From Epithemia pelagica (lineage: Eukaryota; Protista; Bacillariophyta), in assembly GCA_946965045.2 (NCBI GenBank), contig OX337239.1, positions 1,426,001-1,490,000 on the forward strand: DNA of 64,000 nt, in the 5' to 3' direction. Under the pieces are notes generated by a model that was not told the origin of the DNA, made no database searches, and was given only the letters and a program-made list of their open reading frames with translations. Below, in pieces: positions 33,592 through 44,096 of the stretch. The first letter of the stretch is position 1. The number at the start of each line of letters is the position of its first letter. The position numbers were made by a program, and so were the translations under genes.

Positions 33592-34566
33592 TCATGGGCC
33601 AGGTAGACAATCTTCATCAGTAGATACAACAAGGATCACAGAACAGGACAAAAATGAGGGTAAGGAGGAAGTCATGATCAGTGGCTGCAATTCTTCGTCG
33701 CGAAACAGGCCATGTTGGTGAACCACAATCACGTGGGTGGATGACAAACGTGTGAAATGCGCGATATTTCTGGAGCGCTTCAATGTCTTTTGAACCATCG
33801 CCCAGAGAACCACGGCCACATAACCGAGAAACGCAAGGACAGTCACGACAAAGCCAGTCTTGGAGGACGACGTTGGCTTTAAGGACTCACTGCATAGCTG
33901 TGACGAAAATCTCTTGAACGTGCAATGATGAACAAATGTACTTGGTTCCGATGAGGGGTTCTCACTAGGCATGTTACTTGGCATGGCGGTTGGTAGTTTT
34001 GTAGGCGATCGACTGGGCTTGGAGCTGGGAGCGCTGGTGGGAAGTCAGCTTGGTGCTCGACTGGGCTTGGAGCTGGGAGCGCTGGTGGGAAGTAGGCTTG
34101 GTGTTCGACTGGGCTTGGAGCTGGGAGCACTGGTGGGAAGTAGGCTTGGTGATCGACTGGGCTTGGAACTGGGAAGCTTTCTTGCTGATTCGCTGCGAAT
34201 GGATGGCGACAATGTGCGAGGATTCGACGCTGGCTCTTGGAAGGGACCACGGCACAGTTTTGCAGACAAATGCTGGTAGCCAAAAGCCTCGACACGACAA
34301 TGCGCAGTAGCGGAGTCCAAATGAATTTCGTCGCAGTTTCCTTCCACACAATGCCACGATGAAGAAATGGGATGATAATAGTCGGCGTGGTAGGGCAGAT
34401 GCATGTTGACATCACAAGTGACACCAAAGAAATTTGCATCGCAGTGCCAATCCAACATACAACAGCGGCCACGGCATGTGGGCTCTTCTGTTTGACAGCG
34501 ACCCTGCACGTGAACCAGCAACTTGGAAAAGCCCAGTATCAACAGGATTGGATCATTCGCCTTCAT
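33592..34566 (-). pseudogene. Type I surface protein (signal, Cys-rich domain, 48-bp PSSKPSRSPSLLPTSA repeats, TM helix) with premature TGA
   Basis: Track ORFs 34045..34566 and 33592..33984 share a frame; TGA at 34045-34047 replaces the CTA (Leu) of the other repeat units. Confidence 0.68.
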
Positions 34567-34898
34567 TGCTGTTGGCTTTCAGGAATATAAAAGGCAAACC
34601 CGGCTCAGACAGATCCTAAAGCAGGGGAGTACATTTTTAGCGCCAATTACTGAGTGGGTCTTGAAACAACCTCACGGTTCACAGAAAAGTCTCAAATCAG
34701 ATAAGATCTGTGTGTGCTCGGTGGATTCACGCGCCGGGGGGAGACAGACAGAACCAAAATCAATCTGCTAGTGCTGTCTGGTCAGTGTTTTTCCTTGAGA
34801 CCCAAACACTTTTGTGGTAGTCACTTTGTCACCAGAATTGCTGGAGTCATGTCGTCAAGGTTCATTTGTGGTTGTCCTTCGATGGTGATTTTTCTTTT

Positions 34899-37370
34899 TT
34901 ATTGCAAGGTTTTCCAAGCCCAATCGGGCGACGTTTGTTGTCGTTGTTGTTTTTGTTTGGCCAAGGGCAATCCCAGGAGCAACCAGGCCAGACTGGTTCC
35001 CAGCAACCCAAGACTGGTCCACACTCCATGCACCTCTTGTGCCAAGGGGACCATGGCATCGTCCAACAAGGTACGAGGCGATTCGGCCACACAGGTTCTG
35101 CAATCGCCAATAATGAATTCCGATTGTCGATTCCAGGAAACCACCATTCCATCATGGTTGTTGTCGTCATTGGCATTCGCATCATCATTGTAGTAGCCCG
35201 AAGAAGGTGCTTGATCCGCATTGTACGAAAAATCGACACCACCACCACCATCGTCATTTTGTCCTGGATTGGCATTTTGAAATCGATAATTGAGATAATC
35301 GTAGACTGTGACAAATTGTACTGCCTGTTGGTCGTCATTTTGTGCTTGTTCTTGTTGATACACGAGAGGTTGTGTCGCCAAGACACAGGACACGTGTGTG
35401 GTCATGGTATCTTGACAATACGAATCGGGTTGATTGGGGCAGGCCCAGTCACCACCCCATGCGACCGACACTTGGACGGCAATATACGACGATTCGTCGT
35501 CCTTGTCGTCCATTCCATTGGAGGATACTACAACCGTGACATCGCCATTGTTGTTGGTGGTGGTTGCTTGGGGTGCATTGGGACACCACACTTGGTTTTG
35601 CACATCATTTGGATCATTGCCGTCGTCCGCTTGTACTACTTCGTATCCCGTGACCCAGGCATTGCCTTGAAAGGCCGAGGATGAGGCGAGGGGTTGTAGT
35701 CGTTGCGAGGTTTGGGACCACGCATGAGCACAAACGATACCAAGTCCCAACCCTGCTGCCGCAATCACGGAAGCCACCACTTTTGTGGACACGGTCGCTT
35801 GTCGTGAGGTCCGAATCGGCGGTGCTGCTGGACGAGGAGCCGACACGGGAGCAACCGCAGTCGCCGTCGGTGGTACATCCGGCGATCCCTGCACAAGGGG
35901 TTGTGGAGGTGTATAGGACGATGCGGATGATTCATTTTCGGTAGTAGCTGGTGTTTGTTTGGATACCGTACCCGCCTCGTGGTTTTCGGAAACCAATGGT
36001 TCTTGAGGTGGGAGACTGTGATTGGGCAATTCAATCACGCCATTCGTAGACGACGTTGTTGTTGTTTGGGAAGAACCGGTCCACGACGAGCGGACCGCTT
36101 GCACCAGACGGTGTCCCCAATACTGTCCTTGTTGCACCACCAAGACCAGAGTGGGTATCGTATACAAGATCAGGAGGGTTGCCAGACAGCCATAGGACAA
36201 CAAAAACCAGGTACGAAACCAATCGCGCGTCGAGGTCCATCGTGAAATACTGGTCCATCCATAGGTTTGTGGCACTTTGGTAATCCGACGATAGGAATAC
36301 CACCACAACCAGGATGTGATGAGCAAGGTACAGGTGCCCAATACTTGCAACGATACCGGCAAGGCAGTGCCCAAGACAAACAAGGAACGACGAGCTCCTC
36401 CGGAATGGGCCGGTCGAGTGGGAACGGTGGTCGTTTGCGGGTCGGACGCAGTGTTCTTGTTTGGTTTCAGATCGTCGTCCTCCTCCTCAGTGGCATCGCG
36501 CATCCGGACAAAGACATTGGACCATTTCTTGGCTTGAATTTCATTGTATTCGTAAATGCGCGAGGCCGATGGTTGTACCAGTTGTTGCCGTTTGTTGGTC
36601 GTCGTTGTCGTTGTAGGCTTGTGTGGTTTCGTACCTGCCTCCTTATTGGATTCGTCTTGGTCGTCTGCTGCCAAGGCCGCTTGGTGAAACAAGGCACGGG
36701 TCAACCACACCGCCATACAAACTTGCCACAGACCAGCTAGAATGGTACAGGGAGGATACCAATCCACCGGATTGCCTCGTACCGGAAGTAGACACATGAG
36801 GACCACCACCAGTCCTTGGATCGTCCACGCCAAACCAGCCATGTCACAAGATGTCCGACCTTTGGAATTGGAATAGATACAGGCACCAAGACAGGCAGAA
36901 CACCATCGCGCAAGAACAGAAGAAGAAGACGAGGACGAGGAATCGCTTGGGGGCTCCGTGGTGTTGGTCGTCGTCGTTGTCGTCGTTGCAGGCGGTGCAG
37001 CCAAGGGAACACATGTCTCAGTCATGGTAGAAACCAAAAGTTCCAGGTTGTTGGCTTGGTAGTTCTTGTTGTTGTTATTGTTTTCGGGGGTGTCTGCTTG
37101 CACTTGAGTTGCTTTTGATGGTTGGTCGAAGATGTTGTTTTTGTTGCGGTTCCCTTTTCGTTGTTGTCTTTTCATGTATTGTGTGGAGTCGTTTGAATCG
37201 GATTCGAGAGCCGTTTGTCGAGACAAAACGTGGAAGACATAATTGACGAGATGATAGCGTTGGTTGGAGTCGTGCTTTCCGAGGAGTGGCGTGCGCGCAA
37301 GAACTCCATCCAACACGAAAAGAAAAAGAATGGGGGACTTGTCCCAACACGAATCGGTAACGGACTCCTC
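34899..37370 (-). CDS. Multi-pass membrane protein of unknown function (over 800 aa); true start uncertain
   Basis: 805-aa track ORF extends in frame to a TGA at 37371-37373; several TM segments and a Cys-containing luminal module (VAWGGDWACP...GDCRTC). Confidence 0.75.
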   Translation of the reverse strand, partial: EESVTDSCWDKSPILFLFVLDGVLARTPLLGKHDSNQRYHLVNYVFHVLSRQTALESDSNDSTQYMKRQQRKGNRNKNNIFDQPSKATQVQADTPENNNNNKNYQANNLELLVSTMTETCVPLAAPPATTTTTTTNTTEPPSDSSSSSSSSVLARWCSACLGACIYSNSKGRTSCDMAGLAWTIQGLVVVLMCLLPVRGNPVDWYPPCTILAGLWQVCMAVWLTRALFHQAALAADDQDESNKEAGTKPHKPTTTTTTNKRQQLVQPSASRIYEYNEIQAKKWSNVFVRMRDATEEEDDDLKPNKNTASDPQTTTVPTRPAHSGGARRSLFVLGTALPVSLQVLGTCTLLITSWLWWYSYRRITKVPQTYGWTSISRWTSTRDWFRTWFLLSYGCLATLLILYTIPTLVLVVQQGQYWGHRLVQAVRSSWTGSSQTTTTSSTNGVIELPNHSLPPQEPLVSENHEAGTVSKQTPATTENESSASSYTPPQPLVQGSPDVPPTATAVAPVSAPRPAAPPIRTSRQATVSTKVVASVIAAAGLGLGIVCAHAWSQTSQRLQPLASSSAFQGNAWVTGYEVVQADDGNDPNDVQNQVWCPNAPQATTTNNNGDVTVVVSSNGMDDKDDESSYIAVQVSVAWGGDWACPNQPDSYCQDTMTTHVSCVLATQPLVYQQEQAQNDDQQAVQFVTVYDYLNYRFQNANPGQNDDGGGGVDFSYNADQAPSSGYYNDDANANDDNNHDGMVVSWNRQSEFIIGDCRTCVAESPRTLLDDAMVPLAQEVHGVWTSLGLLGTSLAWLLLGLPLAKQKQQRQQTSPDWAWKTLQ

Positions 37371-38243
37371 TCATAAATTCCGGTCGCACAGACACTCAAT
37401 GCCGCTTACTGCTTTACTATTTTACTCTTACTCTTTTGGGGGATTTTGTGTCCTGGTGCCTTTCATTTTTCATTGCGAAGGACAATGTTACGATGTTCTG
37501 TTGAAACGAAGAAAAAAGAAACACCTCATCCCTTTTCAGAACGCAGCGCATAGGTAAGATGCCGCGTACTGCTTACTGCTTTACTCTACTTTCGTGGGTT
37601 CCCGTGTCAGAAACAAGCAGTCTCATTCGAAAAGGGAAGAAATAAAGAGAATGATTGGTCGGTAAGTTCGACAGGTCATTCGAGTGTTGGACAGATCATT
37701 CACTTTTTTGCGTTTTGTAATGAGATTGATGAGACTTAAGCCCCTGCTGTCGCTTCCACGCAGATTTGAGCCGCAATGGTCACCAAAGACAATGTGGCGA
37801 CCATAGTCAAACAGGACGGGATCAGGAAAGTAGACCGCCTTGGGCTGGTCACACCTGCTGCTCCTGCCATCCTTCAGAGTAGTTTTGTTTTATCCCCGCC
37901 GTGGCTGTGACACAGGGAGGTCGGTGGCCTTTTTTACGATCAAAACACTGGCCGGATGAACACTGCGAACAGCTACTTTTAAATGACCCACTGTGTTTTC
38001 TCCGGTACTGGAACAAACAACGAATTGGGGGTAGGCAACACCTTTTGAGACTTGACAGAAGGTATTGCCTTCTGCCAATTCTTTGTTTCTTCAAGTACCG
38101 AAGAAAATTGTTGATATTGCACAAACATTTTGGTTTTGTTGTTGTGGAGGATGGCAAAATGATAGACAAGTCCTTGACGGTGACCATCAATCGGGGTTTA
38201 ACAAGGAAAGTCTGGCGTTGACCGGCTGTAGTCCTTGTCCATT

Positions 38244-38576
38244 TCATGTCGTCAAGGTTCATTTGTGGTTGTCCTTGGTTATTCTTCTTTTATTGCAAGG
38301 TTTTCCAGGCCCAATCGGGCAAAGTCTGTTGTCGTTGTTGTTGTTGTTGTTTGGCCAAGGGCAATCCCAGGAGCAACCAAACCAGACTGGTTCCCACCAC
38401 ACCAAGGCTGGCCCACACCCCATGCACCTCTTGTGCCAAGGGGACCATGGCATCGTCCAACAAGGTACGAGGCGATTCGGCTACACATGTACGGCAATCG
38501 CCCATATTGAATTCCGATTGTCGATTCCAGGAAACCACCATTCCATCCTGGTTGTCGTCATTGGCATTCGCATCAT
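38244..38576 (-). pseudogene. Duplicated 3' end (last about 85 codons plus 3' UTR) of the 34899 gene
   Basis: Direct, highly similar copy of 34847-35185. Confidence 0.85.
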
Positions 38577-38765
38577 TTTAGAAGTGGACTTATACGAGGC
38601 ATAAGACACCGTAACGTTGTTCACCTGTCAACAGTCTACAAAACGAGATGCCTTTAAGTCTGTCCGTCGTCACGGAAAACAACAACCAAAAACCAAACCC
38701 GAAAAGCATCTACAAAACCGCACCCACTCGTCAGCATCAACAGGCACGAAGAAAGGAATGCAAAC

Positions 38766-39485
38766 ATGGAGAAAGTAGATTCCGGTGTTCATAAAAAGAA
38801 AGGTTCTGGTGCTGACAGCGATCCCAAAACTCCGACCAAGTCGCCCGAGTCGCCAAGTGAAATCGATCGTATGGAAACCGCATCGATGACCAAACCCACA
38901 GATAGTCCCGTCTCCTCAAAGGGAAGCGCCGATATCCTTGTCATGGACGATCCTAATTACATCCAGCCATCCCAAATGGACATTGTCCTTACCGATATCG
39001 ACTCCACCTACCTTCATGGCGACCTTTCCGACTTGCTTCAGGTAGAGTACTTATCAGCCGTTTCAGAGGAAGACGAAGCAATGCTTGCGGCGCAGACGCG
39101 GTTGGATGGGAAGATTGTTGACCGGAACTTGCGATTTATCATCAATGTTCCCTGTCGACGTTCTAGCCGCCGAAACGACCAGACAAGTCCCCGGTCGGCC
39201 CTTCCCTATCGCAACGTCTTCTTTCTTGTTGACACTGCGTCGCCTCACTCCTTTCTGTGTCGGGAGACAATGGAAAAGTTGATGCCTGCTGCGAATGATG
39301 GAAATCCCATCCCGCAAATGATCTGCATGGAGCTTTGCCTTTGCGGCGGAAGTCTTGTTGAATTCCACTTGTCTCCCCCCGGGTCCCACTTTGCGGATGT
39401 GAACATTTTGGGAGGGAATGCCTTGCGGGCTATGGATCTGATTTCCAGCCATCGAACCATGTCCTTCACGCTTTCGTTTCACTGA
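38766..39485 (+). CDS. Retropepsin-like (clan AA) aspartic protease-domain protein
   Basis: NVFFLVDTASPHSFL active-site-like motif and C-terminal DVNILGGNAL (ILG motif). Confidence 0.65.
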   Translation: MEKVDSGVHKKKGSGADSDPKTPTKSPESPSEIDRMETASMTKPTDSPVSSKGSADILVMDDPNYIQPSQMDIVLTDIDSTYLHGDLSDLLQVEYLSAVSEEDEAMLAAQTRLDGKIVDRNLRFIINVPCRRSSRRNDQTSPRSALPYRNVFFLVDTASPHSFLCRETMEKLMPAANDGNPIPQMICMELCLCGGSLVEFHLSPPGSHFADVNILGGNALRAMDLISSHRTMSFTLSFH

Positions 39486-41072
39486 TGTTGATACCTGCTT
39501 GGCGAATGCTAGTGTTCGTTTTACGCATTGAGGGTCAGACCGGGGGTTCTTGATTCAGTGTGAAGTTGGGAAGGCCGTCCAGTACGGATTTCATTAGCAT
39601 ACACATAAAGAATAAGACATAGAATACAATAAAGACAACTGATTATTTCCGATCATTGAGCACTTCGTTCCCTTTACTTCAAAATCATAACACACTAAAA
39701 CCCAACCTATTCGTCCCAAGCCTCTGCATGATCGATCTTGATCATGACGGAGAAAGCCGCGCGCAAGAGGAAAAGATCGTTTGCCCTTGTCGTTCGTCTA
39801 ATAATTCCACAGCGGGAATTCCCCTGCCAAGAATATTCTTCAGGGGAACCAAGAATATTGGAAAAGCAGTCGGAGAAAAGGAAGAAAGGGGAATTGTTGT
39901 TCCATTTCCCAATGGTGCTCGTTCCTGCAGAGAGTGCTCCGCAGTGCTCTCCGTCTTTCTAGAAAAAGCATTAATAAGCAGGCGATCTTTGATACTTCAA
40001 AACCTACTCACTTTCTCTAAACTGTATGAGCGTCAAAGACAGACTCGTTCTACTAGAGAGCACCAAACACTCCTAGTTGGTCCTACTCCAAGGCTAGCTA
40101 GTGCATAGAAGTGAGGAACCGGCTTGTAGCATGTGAGTGGTGTTTTCATACTCTCGAATGGAATGAGCCGGGTTTATTTGTCGCTTGAGTTGGGACCCGA
40201 TCACGAGATTCTACGATTTCTCTCGTATGATACAATTAGTTGAGGCACTAGTAAACGTTAGGATGCCCCGGCAAGAGAAGAGCACCAAGAATGTCGCAAG
40301 AGGCTATTCGACTCTTGGAGCGAGCATGGTGTAACATGAGGTTGTGTTACGTGTACTCCTACTCCTAGAAGTTTGTTCTCGTTTCATAGAGCATTCCTAG
40401 TTCCTATTGCCTATTCCCGTATCCGTGTTGAGAAATGGTGACGCTTTAGCCTTCGTACAAACGAAGACAAACAAGAAAGGTTTCGTTTTTCGATTTTGTT
40501 GTGGTCGCCCGGACATTCGAGCGCGCCTTGCGCCTTCTGGCGGGCATGTTGGTCATGATCATGTCGTGGTCATTTCAGTGCTTTAAGTAAACTGGGTCAC
40601 AGTCATCGATATTCTGCAATATGACTTGTCCACGTCACCTATCGACGTTGTGTGACGCACTTCTTTGTCCTGGGGGAAGTTTACGTTTGGGTTTTTACGT
40701 GGTACGCTTCGCCCTCCCCCACGATCCAGTGCGGGCCGGCGCGAGAAGGCTACGTGTCCGAGCTACTGCAAAACCCAGAAGAAATGATACATTCCAACCA
40801 AGTTCAACTTTCCAAACTGCACGGTCGGTCGGCTTGCGCACATTTTTTCCATCCGAGAAACGAAAGTGCAAAGCACCACGAAGACACCCGGCACGACAAC
40901 GACCCAACACCCAAGACCAGCAACTCCCGGTAATGGACTCAAAACGTGGGTAATCTTTCTACTACTCAGAGTATCGTCACGATATAACTTCTTCATTTTC
41001 ATACAGTAGTACCTCTGATATGATCATACTAGATTCAGATTCTTTAGATATGAGGTAAACATACTGAGTCAC

Positions 41073-41154
41073 GGATGTCGGAGGATTTGGGAGATGTCGG
41101 ATGATGTCGGATGATGTCGGAGGATGTCGGATGATGTCGGAGGATGTCGGATGT
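41073..41154 (+). repeat. 10-bp tandem array (NNGATGTCGG), about 7-8 units
   Basis: ATGATGTCGG/AGGATGTCGG repeats read directly. Confidence 0.9.
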
Positions 41155-41301
41155 TTTTATCGCCAAAAGAATCTTTACTCTCCAGCAGATGGAATTCGTC
41201 AAGAGAAATCACACGGTGACAAGTCAATTATTGACAGTGGGCCCATCTACTGAAAGAGCACCGCTGGATTTTGAAACAAACCATGTTTCCGCGCGAGCCC
41301 G

Positions 41302-41363
41302 AAACGACATCAAACGACATCAAACGACATCAAACGACATACCAAACGACATACCAAACGACA
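41302..41363 (+). repeat. Tandem array AAACGACATC x4 then ACCAAACGACAT x2
   Basis: Read directly; the core CGACATC is the reverse complement of the GATGTCG core of the left array. Confidence 0.9.
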
Positions 41364-41732
41364 TTCCCGTTTGTTCCATACTAGAGAATGGGAAACCATA
41401 TTCTATGGCAACACAATACGTGCTTTGTAAAAATATCGATCTTAGTTTTTGGATTCGCCCGTTGGGTATTGGTACAGAATATGCTACTCACGTGTATTTA
41501 CCGGAAGTTGCAGTGGATGATACACAAGGCCGCGCGAGAAAGACAGACACACTTCTGTTCGCTTTGGATCGGCATTCGGCATCGGAACGACCACTGATCA
41601 CACAAGAAAACAAAAGCGCATCGTTTCTGTCTTCTTTCTCGTGGTGCAGAAAACCAGTCTACAGCCCGAAAGACAGGATTGTTCATCTGCAGCATCAATC
41701 AACAAAAAAGAAACGACAGAACTGATAAGAAA

Positions 41733-43373
41733 ATGGCAACATCTTTACGATACCAGAGACGTTGTGGACCACAGTCCCAATCACCATTGATATTGCATTC
41801 GCCGCAACCGTTCCTTAGGAACAATGGAGCAGCAATTGCAACTTCGGAACGAGCCTTGCGTTGGTTTGGTTCTTCGTTTGCCGCTCCACCTCCAAGAAGA
41901 AGTGCTGTTCGTCGAAGACGACGCCTTCGATTGGTTCAGTCGTTTTCACCCTCGTCCACCACCTTTTCAAGAGGCACTCCAGTCGGAGCATGGGCCACGG
42001 CAGTTTTGGTATCGGCTTCTTCCATGGCAGTGGCTGCTTATTCGTTGGGAGTTCTTCCTCCTCCTTCCTTGCCAGATGAAGCCGAAACACAATCCTCTCC
42101 CCGCACCAGTCTCTGGCCTCATTTCAATTCCACGACTTCAGTTTCGGCAACGAATCGGCAATGGACCAGGCCAGACGTAACGACAAATACAACGACAACT
42201 AAAAGTTCTCGATTAATGGCTCCCTCACGAGAACGGCAACACCCGCGCAAACTCGTTTTGGAACAAGACCCTTTGAATGCAGTGGTGGGAGCATATGGTT
42301 GCGCCAGTGCCGAGAGCCTCTATGACCAGTACCATGTGGATTGGAATGCTCCAGCCTTGGGGCGCGGTGCGTTTGGGAGTGTCCATGGGGCGCACGACAA
42401 ACAACTCCGTCGCGGAGTGGCGTTGAAACGAATCGACAAGTTGTTGACCGATCCAGTGACCTTTCAACGAGAAATCACAGCATTTTTCCGGATTCATCAA
42501 CAGGGTGGCCATAATCATATCATGGCCATGAGAGGTAAGGGAAATTGAGACAAACACAAATATGCCATAGCTGGGGTTCAGTACAAATTAAATCTGATCT
42601 CACACGTTTTTCTTTACCTTTATTGAACAGATATTTATGAAGATGAGCATTACTACTATTTGGTGCTTGATTTGGCTCATGGTGGCGAAGTCTATGAGGA
42701 TTTGATACAACGTGGCCCGTATGCACCCGAACTGACGGCTCGCTTCATTTTCCAATTAGCAAGTGCCTTGCACTTTTTGCACTCGGACATTAAAATGGTT
42801 CATGCTGACCTAAAACCTGAGAATTTACTTCTCAAGTATAAGAGTGGGAATCACAACGATCTCTCTTTGATTGACTTTGGATGTGCCGTGGCCATGGATG
42901 CCCAGGATGTGGGACGTGGAGAAGATTGTGAGCACTGGCGCAACCCGTTGCATTACAGTGGGACAACCGCGTACTGGCCTCCCGAACGATTTCAGCCTCG
43001 TACTACACCAACTCCGGCCATGGATATGTGGAGTGTGGGTGTTATTCTGTTTATTTTTCTCACCAACAAGCACCCCTTTGATCCGGATGGCGTGCTGACC
43101 GACGATGAGGTGCATGATCGTATCTGCTCCTGTCAATCGCCGCCGCGCCTTGCGTCCTACCTCAACGGCAGTATGGAACCGGGAGAAATTGACGCCGTTC
43201 AAGACGTTATCGATGGATTGCTTGCTGTGAATCCGAAGGAACGGATGACGGCTGGTCAACTCATGGAGCATCCATGGATTCAACAGCACTTGTCGTCATC
43301 GCAACACGCCCGCTCCAATTCTTCTGCGACCGCCACCTTGGTATCCCTTGCGACGGCGACTGCAACAATGTAG
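41733..43373 (+). CDS. Ser/Thr protein kinase (CAMK-like), 2 exons, with N-terminal hydrophobic segment
   Basis: LGRGAFG, VALKRI, HADLKPEN, DFG, YWPPE and DMWSVG motifs; intron 42535-42630 (GTAAGG...AACAG). Confidence 0.92.
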
Positions 43374-44096
43374 GGAACACGTGAACCACATGCTGTGCAT
43401 ATTCCTGACATGGTGGGCGTGAAACCATTGTATCAGGCCCTTTCTGTGTTTCTGTTGGCCAGAAATCATGGAGAGAGGTTGGATACATACCCACTTGCTG
43501 TTATTAAACCAACCGCTATGCCTTTTTTCAATTGTGTTTCAATCTTGTAGGAATTAGAAATGGATGTTTTGTTGGTTCTCTCGAAAATGGTTCGTTGGTT
43601 CTCTCTAGGAAAGAAGCGACCACGACAAGAGTTCAGTTTCTCTTCTTCATGATTATTTCCAAGCCATGATCATTTAGCAACCATGACGTCAACGGAATTT
43701 GGGATGACCTCCTCTCCGCTTGTCAATGGCACCGCCCTCGGGACACACGGAGCAGATGGACGCCCCATTCTTGCTGGCGACGTGACGTGATGGAGGTTGA
43801 AGGCAGGGGGTTAGCTTGGAATGATCTCATCGTTGTGTCTACCTCTGGAAAGCCTTGCATGGAGTAGAAATTACTCCTAGGAGCATGATTATTGGGAAGA
43901 GATGAGATAGAATAGAGCACGGACGAGCACGACAACTACCAACTACTCCTAGGAGTACTCCTTCTCCTCCTTCTTCCCATACTGTTATTCTACTCCCTCA
44001 TTTTTCAGTCACTCACAATGCGTCATTCTATACGTACACAGTACATACCTTGGACTTTTGGTTGGTGCGAACTTCTGATGTAGTGTCTTTTGCATC

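Noticed and set aside
41002-41020. TA-CAGTAGTACCTC as a pogo-like TIR
   Set aside because: No matching right TIR with a TA TSD was found in the window.
14378-41363. CRISPR-like arrays
   Set aside because: All arrays are head-to-tail tandem repeats without unique spacers, in eukaryotic DNA with no cas genes.
39656-41725. Medium ORFs (39656..40108, 40621..40953, 41144..41725)
   Set aside because: No recognisable motifs, non-ATG starts or overlap with repeats; treated as non-coding.
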